Made by a program: the position numbers and the translations under genes
Assembly: GCA_963669175.1 (NCBI GenBank)
Contig: OY769902.1
Span: 4,832,001-4,896,000 of the forward strand
Length of the DNA stretch: 64,000 nt
Origin: a bacterium
GTDB lineage: Bacteria; Electryoneota; Electryoneia; Electryoneales; Electryoneaceae
Reading direction: 5' to 3'
Shown here: positions 39,275 to 47,296 of the stretch, one piece after another
Position numbering within the stretch: position 1 is the stretch's first letter
How the letters are laid out: each line of letters begins with the position of its first letter
Notes under the pieces: model-generated
Told to the model about the DNA's origin: nothing
Databases searched by the model: none
What the model saw: only the letters and a program-made list of their open reading frames with translations

Positions 39275-40495
39275 ATGTACTTTACACTGGCATGGCGGAA
39301 CATCTGGCGGAACAAAAGACGAAGCTTCATCACGCTGGCATCGATATGTCTGGCAGTACTGTTATCCTTGTATATGCGTTCGATGCAACTGGGATTCTAC
39401 GCCAAATCTATTGATAACGCCGTCTCGTTTTTCACCGGATATATACAGGTCCACAAAGATGGGTACTGGGACAAGCAGACCATTGACCGTTCCTTTGGTG
39501 ATGTTTCTCAACTGACAGAGAAGGTTAGCCAGGTTGAACACGTGACCAATGTGGCCCCACGTATCGAATCCTTCACCCTGCTATCCGCCGGGGATAAAAC
39601 CGAGGGTGGCATGGTAATCGGGGTTCATCCTGACGCTGAAATAGCCATGTCCAGGATTGGTGAAAAGATATCCGTGGGCAGGTTTCTCAAAAATGATGAT
39701 ACCGGCATTGTCATCGGCGCGGGCCTCGCGAAGAACCTGCAAGTTTCAGTCGGCGATACTCTGGTTGTCCTGGGGCAGGGTTATCATGGTATAATGGCTG
39801 CCGACCGATTCCCCGTGCTGGGACTCATCGATTACCCGATGCCGGAATTGAACAACCGCATGGCCTATCTCACATTGCCCGTTGCTCAGAATCTGTATGG
39901 GGCGCCGGATCGTGCCACCTCGCTGGCGATCATGATCGAAAATGAGGATGTGCTTCATTCGATACATGCGGATTTGCGTGGTATGCTGGGCGATGCGTAT
40001 GAGGTCATGGACTGGCGTGAACTGATGCCGGAACTGGTGCAGGGAATTGAGACGGATAATGCCAGCGGGTTGATCATGCTGGGAATCGTTTACATGGTCA
40101 TCACGTTCGGCATCTTCGGGACTATCCTGATGATGACACTGGAACGCACACGTGAGTTCGGTATGCTCATGGCTGTTGGTATGCAACGGAGTAAGATGAT
40201 CCTGATGACTGTCATTGAAAGCCTGCTGTTATGCCTGATTGGGGTTGCTTCCGGCCTGCTGGGCGGTTGGCCGATAGTGTTCTATTTCCATCTGCACCCG
40301 ATCCCCCTGACCGGCGATACGGCACAGGCTGTGATTGAGTATGGTTTCGAACCAGTCATGCCCTTCTCACTGGACCCGATGCTGTTCGTCAACCAGGGAT
40401 TGGTAGTGATGACAATCGCACTGGTAGTATCCATGTATCCGGCGCTGAAACTTTCTCGATTGAATACAATTGAAGCAATGCGCGGAACGAATTAG
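39275..40495 (+). CDS. ABC transporter permease, LolC/E-MacB/FtsX family (paralog of the upstream gene)
   Basis: MYFTLAWRNIWRNKRRS and ERTREFGMLMAVGM. Start chosen by match to the paralog (the track starts at 39263). Confidence 0.92.
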   Translation: MYFTLAWRNIWRNKRRSFITLASICLAVLLSLYMRSMQLGFYAKSIDNAVSFFTGYIQVHKDGYWDKQTIDRSFGDVSQLTEKVSQVEHVTNVAPRIESFTLLSAGDKTEGGMVIGVHPDAEIAMSRIGEKISVGRFLKNDDTGIVIGAGLAKNLQVSVGDTLVVLGQGYHGIMAADRFPVLGLIDYPMPELNNRMAYLTLPVAQNLYGAPDRATSLAIMIENEDVLHSIHADLRGMLGDAYEVMDWRELMPELVQGIETDNASGLIMLGIVYMVITFGIFGTILMMTLERTREFGMLMAVGMQRSKMILMTVIESLLLCLIGVASGLLGGWPIVFYFHLHPIPLTGDTAQAVIEYGFEPVMPFSLDPMLFVNQGLVVMTIALVVSMYPALKLSRLNTIEAMRGTN

Positions 40496-40542
40496 GAATT
40501 AGGAATTAGGAATTAGTAATTAGAAATTAGTAATTAGTAATT
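40490..40542 (+). repeat. (AATTAGN)7 heptamer repeat; the first unit supplies the permease stop codon
   Basis: aattagg x3, then aattagt, aattaga and aattagt x2. Confidence 0.95.
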
Positions 40543-40602
40543 TTAGTCGCATTGGGAAGGTTATACTGCGCAATAGAAGTCTGATCGCATTGACAAATCA
40601 GC

Positions 40603-40716
40603 AACTTTACAACTTTGGAACTTTGTAACTATGACACTATGCAACAATGTCACTATGATACTTTACAGCTAAGGAACTTTATGGATCTTTTTCACTTTTT
40701 TCACTTTTTTCACTTT
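40603..40716 (+). repeat. Degenerate 8-bp (AACTTTNN) array followed by a 9-bp (TTTTTTCAC) array
   Basis: aactttac aactttgg aactttgt aactatga cactatgc... A similar array sits at 37951-37990 and a reverse-complement version at about 42024-42056. Confidence 0.8.
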
Positions 40717-40735
40717 CTACTTCAAAGAGGCAACG

Positions 40736-41953
40736 ATGATTGCAGCAATAGCCTGGCGCAATGTCTGGCGCAACAAGAAACGAAGCGCGGTGATCCTGAC
40801 AGCGATTATTCTCGGGTTATGGGCCGGTTTATTCGCCAATGGGCTGATGTATGGCATGATACAGCAGATCATACAGAATGCTATTGGTGATCGTCTGGGA
40901 CATGTTCAGATTCATGCTCCCGGCTATCGTGATCACCCGGAAGTGACCAACGTGATCCCCAATTCTGCTGAAGCGCTGACCAGAACACGCCAGGAAGCAT
41001 CAGTTAAGGCCGCGTCCGGACGCATTATTCTCAATGGCATGGCCAGTTCTGCCAGCAATTCGCTTGGGGCACAACTGTTCGGTGTTGATCCATCAACGGA
41101 CACATCGGTTGTTGATCTGGAAGAACGTCTTGTCGAAGGCACATGGCTGAATGATTCCAAGCGGAATCCTATCGTCATCGGTCAGGCCATGGCAGAAAAA
41201 CTCGGGCTACGTGTCGGGAACAAAGTGATCTTTCAGGCCCAGGCGCTCAATGGTGATATCGCAGGGGGAGCGTTCCGTATTGTCGGCCTGTACAATACGG
41301 TCAATTCTGTCTTTGACAAGACCGCGATGTTCGCTCGCCAGTCCGATGTGGACCGTGTTTTCAGTATGGATGGCAACGTTCACCAGATCATCATTCTCGC
41401 TGACAATTTTGAGACCATTGATGCGACTGCGACAAGCTTGAAACAGGCATTCCCTGATCTGGATGTGGCAGGCTGGAAAGAAATCAGCCCGGAACTGGGG
41501 ATGTACAGCGACATGTCTGCCTATTACCTGATGATTTTCATTGTCATCATCCTGGTAGCGCTTGCCTTCAGCATCACCAACACCATGCTGATGGCTGTAG
41601 TTGAACGTATTCGTGAGTTTGGCGTGATCAAGGCGCTTGGTATGGGGCATGGAAAGATTTTCACCATGATTCTACTGGAAACGATCATGCTGACTCTACT
41701 GGGCTGCCTGGGCGGGATGGTTACCGGATGGGCTACAGTCGCTATCGTGAACAAGACCGGATTAAACCTGGCAGCTGTTTCCGATGGCCTCGAAGCGTTC
41801 GGTATGAGTACGGTCATTCGCCCGGAATTGCCCTTTAATACCTATCCACAGTTGATCGTCCTCACGTTTCTCACCGCCATTATCGCAGCGATCTATCCGG
41901 CGATCAAGGCGATCCGGCTGAACCCGGTGGAAGCGATTCGGACATATGGTTAA
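40736..41953 (+). CDS. ABC transporter permease, LolC/E-MacB/FtsX family
   Basis: IAWRNVWRNKKRS and ERIREFGVIKALGM. Confidence 0.92.
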   Translation: MIAAIAWRNVWRNKKRSAVILTAIILGLWAGLFANGLMYGMIQQIIQNAIGDRLGHVQIHAPGYRDHPEVTNVIPNSAEALTRTRQEASVKAASGRIILNGMASSASNSLGAQLFGVDPSTDTSVVDLEERLVEGTWLNDSKRNPIVIGQAMAEKLGLRVGNKVIFQAQALNGDIAGGAFRIVGLYNTVNSVFDKTAMFARQSDVDRVFSMDGNVHQIIILADNFETIDATATSLKQAFPDLDVAGWKEISPELGMYSDMSAYYLMIFIVIILVALAFSITNTMLMAVVERIREFGVIKALGMGHGKIFTMILLETIMLTLLGCLGGMVTGWATVAIVNKTGLNLAAVSDGLEAFGMSTVIRPELPFNTYPQLIVLTFLTAIIAAIYPAIKAIRLNPVEAIRTYG

Positions 41954-41974
41954 GAAGTGAAAAAAGTAAAGAAA

Positions 41975-41999
41975 TTAGCCCGGCCATGCCTGGCCGGGT
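41975..41999 (+). repeat. GTAG-type REP-like palindrome, copy 3 (TTAG variant)
   Basis: ttagcccggccatgcctggccgggt matches the copies at 29628 and 29832. Confidence 0.75.
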
Positions 42000-42089
42000 A
42001 TGCTGGAATGAAGCTCATAGTTTTAAAGTTGAAAAGTTTAGAAAGTTCTAAAGTTATTGAATAATCATGTAGAAGGTGATAGTGGATAG

Positions 42090-42181
42090 AGTGAAAAATG
42101 GGACTGTTACCTTTTCATAGCAATAGAGGTCAAATATGGTAACAAGAGTTATTGAAAAGGTAACTGTACCAATTTTTCACT
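42090..42181. repeat. Dispersed inverted-repeat element (GGGACTGT..CCTTTTC / GAAAAGGT.ACTGT.CC), copy A
   Basis: Arms gtgaaaaatgggactgttaccttttca and tgaaaaggtaactgtaccaatttttcac. Confidence 0.8.
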
Positions 42182-42293
42182 TATAGTTGACCATATCAAA
42201 TTTTTGATAGATGAAGACAAAACTTTGTTTAACAGAAACATTCATTCTCAACTCTTAATCTTTGAATTCTTAATTCCCTGAAAGGGTAGACGG

Positions 42294-42992
42294 ATGGCAA
42301 GTGTAATTCAGACAAACAAGCTCGAGAAGACATACGACGACAAGGGCGTTCCTGTTCATGCGCTTCGTGGTGTTGATTTGAGCATTGAAGACGGTGATTT
42401 TGCGGCGTTAGTAGGACCATCCGGCAGCGGCAAGACCACGCTTCTCAACTTGATCGGCGGCTTGGATTCACCGTCAACAGGCACGGTTATAGTGGGTGAC
42501 CAGGACATTACCCATATGAAAGCCAACGACCTGATCGAATTTCGGTTGCGTCATATTGGCTTCGTATTCCAGGCATACAACCTGATCCCGGTTCTCACAG
42601 CCATCGAGAATGTCGAATTCATCATGCTGCTTCAGAACCAGCCCAAGCAGGAACGTCGCGCTCGTGCAGAAGAGCTTCTCACGGCTGTTGGTCTTGGCGA
42701 CATGATGAAACGCAGACCGCATGAGCTTTCCGGCGGTCAGCAACAGCGGGTAGCAGTGGCGCGCGCGCTGGCATCCAAACCACGATTTGTGTTGGCCGAT
42801 GAACCCACGGCGAACCTCGACTCAAAATCGGCTGGCGATCTGCTTGACATGATGCAAGAGCTGAACGAGACACAAGGCGCGACCTTCGTCTTCTCAACTC
42901 ATGACCAGCGTGTCGTCAAGCGCGCACGGCGAGTGATCACCTTGCAGGACGGTCACATCACCTCGGATGAAACCAAAGCCTCGGAATCATGA
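42294..42992 (+). CDS. ABC transporter ATP-binding protein (LolD/MacB-like)
   Basis: Walker A GPSGSGKT, LSGGQQQRVAVARAL signature, ADEPTANLD, STHD. Confidence 0.95.
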   Translation: MASVIQTNKLEKTYDDKGVPVHALRGVDLSIEDGDFAALVGPSGSGKTTLLNLIGGLDSPSTGTVIVGDQDITHMKANDLIEFRLRHIGFVFQAYNLIPVLTAIENVEFIMLLQNQPKQERRARAEELLTAVGLGDMMKRRPHELSGGQQQRVAVARALASKPRFVLADEPTANLDSKSAGDLLDMMQELNETQGATFVFSTHDQRVVKRARRVITLQDGHITSDETKASES

Positions 42993-44176
42993 TACGTCGC
43001 CTTGTCACATTGTCATTGCTTTGTATGGTCATGGCAACGACTGCTGTCCAGGCCGGGTTTCGTGATGATCTCATGGCGCGTGGGTATGTACGCTACACCC
43101 CACTGATCTGGAAACTGCCGAGTTATGGTATGCCCATCCAGCAGGATGACAAGTACATCTTCACCAACCTGCTGAATGTGCGTCAGAATTTCCGTTATTA
43201 TGCTTCTTCCTCCCTGACAGTCGGTTTGGAACTGAAGGAACGCGCCTTTCTCGGGGAATCAGCTAACGATTTGAAACAGAGCGCTGATTTTTACACCGCA
43301 GATGAAACTCTGTTTGATTGGGATACGGACCTGGTTGAAGAGGACAAGGCGTATGTCAGCATGGTTCCGGATCGTGCCTGGCTGGATTACATGGTTGGCG
43401 ATGTGCAGGTTACGGTTGGCCGTCAACGTGTGGCCTGGGGAGTGAATACGGTCTGGAATCCGACAGACCTGTTCAATCCCTCTTCCCCATTGGATTTTGA
43501 CAATGAAGAGATGCCCGGTACCGATGCGTTTCGTGTGCAATATTATCTCGGTCCCATGTCCAAGCTGGAAGCGGCGGTTTCGCCCAAACGTGATGAGGAT
43601 AAGACCATCGCTGCGGCCAAATTGCAGTTGAACCGTTGGGATTACGACTGGATCTGGATCTTGGGCCGCCGTTATGCACAAACGGTAGCGGGCTTCTCAT
43701 GGGCAGGTGATGTTCACGATGCCGGGTTCAAGGGTGAAGTGCTGTATGCGTTCCCCCGGGATAGCGTGTACAATGCAGACAATGATCCTTACGTCAGCTT
43801 CAGTATAAGCGTGGACTACGGTGTCCCCAATACCAGCCTGTACCTGCATTCAGAAGTGCTCTATAACGAACTGGGTACAACCGACAAAGCAGGTGGGTTG
43901 TTGCTGTATGATGCTTTTAATAAGAAGCAGTTATCCCCATCCCGGTTGGATGTCTTCGGAGAAGTAAGCTACACCTTCTCACCGATAGTCACCGGTAACC
44001 TGAACGGGATTTACAATCCGTATGATCAGTCATTTTACGTGGGGCCAAACCTGACGGTATCAGTCCATACCAACGTGGATTTGACGCTTATGGGCATGGT
44101 GTACCAGGGCGAGGACGTGACAGAATTCGGTGATAATCCTCAGATGGTGATGGGACGCTTGAAGTGGAACTGGTGA
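42989..44176 (+). CDS. Putative outer-membrane beta-barrel protein of the ABC operon
   Basis: Signal peptide, VGRQRVAWG...WNPTDLFNP motif, aromatic C-terminus KWNW, ATGA overlap with the ATPase gene. Confidence 0.75.
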   Translation: MIRRLVTLSLLCMVMATTAVQAGFRDDLMARGYVRYTPLIWKLPSYGMPIQQDDKYIFTNLLNVRQNFRYYASSSLTVGLELKERAFLGESANDLKQSADFYTADETLFDWDTDLVEEDKAYVSMVPDRAWLDYMVGDVQVTVGRQRVAWGVNTVWNPTDLFNPSSPLDFDNEEMPGTDAFRVQYYLGPMSKLEAAVSPKRDEDKTIAAAKLQLNRWDYDWIWILGRRYAQTVAGFSWAGDVHDAGFKGEVLYAFPRDSVYNADNDPYVSFSISVDYGVPNTSLYLHSEVLYNELGTTDKAGGLLLYDAFNKKQLSPSRLDVFGEVSYTFSPIVTGNLNGIYNPYDQSFYVGPNLTVSVHTNVDLTLMGMVYQGEDVTEFGDNPQMVMGRLKWNW

Positions 44177-44189
44177 TGTTGGTTGTTTA

Positions 44190-44313
44190 GCCCCGACGGC
44201 TTGAAGCACCTTGCCCTTGGCCCCGACGGCTTGAATCACGCGGAAGTGGAATTTGGCCCCGTCGGCTTGAAGCCGCCGTAGCTTGCGAAGGCGGCTGCCC
44301 GGCGGGGTTTATT
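44190..44313 (+). repeat. GCCCCG(A/T)CGGCTTGAA x3 plus GC-rich hairpin element
   Basis: Three copies at about 44190, 44220 and 44256. The last continues to cggcggggtttatt and has an inverted homolog at 50753-50817. Confidence 0.75.
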
Positions 44314-44355
44314 CTACATAGAGAAATAGTGGTTCCTCGCTATTTTGAATGGGTA

Positions 44356-44826
44356 AGCAGGCGAAAAATGGGACTGTTACCTTTTCATGCTTTTGAATGC
44401 AGAACAATCACATCAGTATTGATGAAAAGGTAACTGTACCAGATTTTTTACCTGTTCTGTAAGATGACTCCGGACTGGAAAATGCCGGGACAGCCACCTT
44501 TTCGCAATATATCTTCCCAGCGATCAATGATTTTGCGTATAAATGAAACATGGTCAACAATATCTGGCATATTCGCAGGCGAAAAGTGTGGCAGTCCCCA
44601 TTTTCCGTCGGCAATTCCCCTTTTCAATCGAATTAGACCCTTATATCCAGGTTAATGGTATAGCAGAATCTTACCCACACGAAACAGCGAGGCACCGAAA
44701 TAGTCCTAAAGTAGTAAGGTGTATACTCGATAAATCTGCAGCAAAAGGGGACTGTTTCCTTTTCGTCGCGCGTCATTGAGATATTTCGTGATAAAGGTAA
44801 TCGAAAAGGTGACTGTCCCCTTTTGC
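44356..44826. repeat. Cluster of three inverted-repeat elements (copies B about 44356-44456, C 44477-44606, D 44741-44826)
   Basis: For example gcaaaaggggactgtttccttttcg / cgaaaaggtgactgtccccttttgc. The arms of B are nearly identical to those of copy A. Confidence 0.8.
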
Positions 44827-44900
44827 CAGTGATTCAGCCAGACGCTCGATTCTGTTTTCTGTGATCAGGTTTTCTCACACCGAAAAGGGTCAATAGTTTT

Positions 44901-45386
44901 CTACCCCTTCGACACACCCATCAGCGATACGACCAGCTCACGGTGCCTTGGTTTGTTATCCCAATCGACGAACACGATCTGCTGCCAGGTTCCCAGCATC
45001 ATGGTGCCCTTGGCGATGGGAACGGTGAGAGACGGCCCAACCAGTGACGCCCGTACATGGCTGTGACCATTGCCGTCATGCCAGGTAGCGTCATGTTTAT
45101 ACGTATGCCCTTCGGACGGCGCGATATTCTCCATTGCTTCCGGGAAATCTTCTTCCAGGCCGGGCTCATATTCGATGGTCGTAACCGAACCGGTCGATCC
45201 TTTGCAAAAGACAGTGACCGTGCCGAATTCAAGACTGTGTTTTTTGATGATGCGCCCCACTTCAGCCGTCAAATCAATCATCTGCCCGTTGCCGTCTGTC
45301 GTCAACGGCAACAGTTCTGTCATCATCTTGAGTTGTTGCTGCGGTCCCTGGGGTGGTGGCGGTTGCATCCCGCGTTGCATCATCAT
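44901..45386 (-). CDS. yjbQ: YjbQ/UPF0047 family (secondary thiamine-phosphate synthase-like)
   Basis: GSTGSVTTIEYEPGL...DGNGHSHVRASLVGPS...LGTWQQIVFVDWDNKPRHR. Confidence 0.88.
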   Translation of the reverse strand: MMMQRGMQPPPPQGPQQQLKMMTELLPLTTDGNGQMIDLTAEVGRIIKKHSLEFGTVTVFCKGSTGSVTTIEYEPGLEEDFPEAMENIAPSEGHTYKHDATWHDGNGHSHVRASLVGPSLTVPIAKGTMMLGTWQQIVFVDWDNKPRHRELVVSLMGVSKG

Positions 45387-45787
45387 TCAAATTCACCATT
45401 GGTAAGGTCAGTTCCCCATGCCCGCGCGTAGTTGACGATCAACCCATGTTCAACCTCGGTCACAGCCTTGTCAGCCTTGGCAATACTGATCAGATCAAGC
45501 AGGAAGCGTTGTTTGAACACGGGACCGTACGACTCACCAATCAGGCGGAAAATGTCGTGCAGGGTTTCGATACGGTCATCCAGACCCAACGCCAGCCAGT
45601 ATTCCAACATGGTGTTGAACTTGGTTTCCAGGTCAACCAGGTTGGTGTCAAAGGGAAGATCATCCAGGATTTCCAGGATCTTCTGCTTCTCTTCCTCAAC
45701 TATCTCACCATTGGACAGGCTGGAATAAGCGATAAAAGCCAAAGCGACTGCCTTGGTCTCATCAAAAGGACGTTCTCCGTTGGCCAT
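45383..45787 (-). CDS. TerB-like helical domain protein
   Basis: SNGEIVEEE and LISIAKADKAVTEVE...ARAWG resemble the twin ADG-x4-E motifs of the TerB fold. Confidence 0.6.
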   Translation of the reverse strand: MANGERPFDETKAVALAFIAYSSLSNGEIVEEEKQKILEILDDLPFDTNLVDLETKFNTMLEYWLALGLDDRIETLHDIFRLIGESYGPVFKQRFLLDLISIAKADKAVTEVEHGLIVNYARAWGTDLTNGEFE

Positions 45788-46041
45788 GGTTCACTCCCTT
45801 CACTGGTTTAGACGATTCTTTGGTATTCCTAATGTAATACCGGGACGACGGAATCCCGCATGGGTGTATGCGAAAATTCACTCCAGTGGGCGCACTCAGT
45901 TTGCTGTAATATCCATTTACAAAACTGCATGTCTCACGCAAAGACGCAAAGGCACTAAAACGCAAAGGAAAAAGAAAGGGCAAAGGCGCACGAAAGTTAT
46001 CGCTAGAAATTTCAGCAAGAAGCTTCCCCCCAATAAAGACA

Positions 46042-46068
46042 GGCCCCGTTTACACAGCAAACGGGGCC
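46042..46068. terminator. GC-rich hairpin downstream of the HmuY gene, possible terminator
   Basis: ggccccgttt-acacagc-aaacggggcc, with only a weak U-tract. Confidence 0.45.
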
Positions 46069-46202
46069 ACAATGTTCAACAAGAACTCTTCATGAATAAC
46101 AGGTTGTCATAAAGTAATATCTTAAATTAATAATCTTTTCATCCTGTTTATCCCTCATATCCTGTCCATCCTGTGAATCTTTCTGCGGAACTGCGTGTGT
46201 AT

Positions 46203-47267
46203 CTACAGTTCTTTGTACCTGAAAGCAATCCAGGCGGATACAGGTGAACCGTCAACAACCTTGTAGTAGTTGGTAATCTGGAACTTGTAATACACTGCAT
46301 CGCCGGTCAGGATCAGGTAGACATGTTCGGTGCTGAGCAGCTCATGGGTAGAGCTGTTGTATTCGTACCAGTCATCAAACACGGAGGATACCGAATCCTG
46401 TTCGTAGCTGCCGCCCATATCCGGAGGCGCCGAGGTCATGGTATCGAAATCGTTGTAGTTATCATCATCATAGGCCGGATAGACCCCTGACGCACCCAGT
46501 CCGCTGATGCCACCGTTGATCTTTACGGTGAATCCATCGAACCAGATGTCCCAGTCTGTCGATGCGGCCGGGTCATCAATCTCAACCCCTGCACCCGTGG
46601 CGAAAGAAAAGAAGATGCTGTTGTCTGAATTTGTATCTTCTACTGTCACAACTACCGGATCGCCGGACAAGTCACCGCCTTCAGCATCGTAAACATAGGT
46701 CAGTTCAACCGCACCGATCTGCATCATCCCGGCCGGGGTTATTCCAGTGACTATCAGCTTGGCATAGCTTTCACCATCAGCGCCACGCAAGGCAAAAACA
46801 CGATTGGAAGGATCAACTGTGTGGTTAGTCGGATCGTACGTATACCAGCCATCGAAGACATACGAGGTCGCGTCTTCCACCCACTCGTCATCCGCTACTT
46901 GTGGGATCTCTACCAAGCCCTCAAAATCAGTGCCGTATTCGTTGCCAAGGCTTTCCAGGTCTACCGCTTTCATCCCGGACGTGCCGGATGATCCGCCATT
47001 CAGCTTGAGCTGATAACGCTTGAAGCCTACGCTCCAGTCGGTGCTGCTTTCAGGATCAGAAACAGTCACTTCCTGATCTGTTGCGAGGCTGTAATAAACG
47101 AAGGCCTCTGCGTCAGTCGCGTCTATCTGGTATTCCGAATACGATACAGTATCCTCGTCTGACGGTCCGGCCGGGTTGGTGTTGTCATCATCATCTGAAC
47201 AGCCGATGAAGCCCAAACCAAGAACAAATGCGATGGGCAAAATGAATAAAACAAACTTCGGCTTCAT
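46203..47267 (-). CDS. hmuY: HmuY-family heme-binding lipoprotein with two HmuY-like repeats
   Basis: Lipobox FIGC followed by SDDDD. Motifs DWSVGFKRYQLKLNGGSSG and DWDIWFDGFTVKINGGISG, WY-x-Y...H, and YAKLIVT / YYKFQITNYY. Confidence 0.8.
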   Translation of the reverse strand: MKPKFVLFILPIAFVLGLGFIGCSDDDDNTNPAGPSDEDTVSYSEYQIDATDAEAFVYYSLATDQEVTVSDPESSTDWSVGFKRYQLKLNGGSSGTSGMKAVDLESLGNEYGTDFEGLVEIPQVADDEWVEDATSYVFDGWYTYDPTNHTVDPSNRVFALRGADGESYAKLIVTGITPAGMMQIGAVELTYVYDAEGGDLSGDPVVVTVEDTNSDNSIFFSFATGAGVEIDDPAASTDWDIWFDGFTVKINGGISGLGASGVYPAYDDDNYNDFDTMTSAPPDMGGSYEQDSVSSVFDDWYEYNSSTHELLSTEHVYLILTGDAVYYKFQITNYYKVVDGSPVSAWIAFRYKEL

Positions 47268-47296
47268 GGGTTTACTCTCCTTGGTATGTTGTGTTA

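Noticed and set aside
44190-44271. Mini-CRISPR-like look of three 16-bp repeats
   Set aside because: Repeat and spacers are too short and irregular, no cas genes are present, and the motif belongs to a dispersed element.
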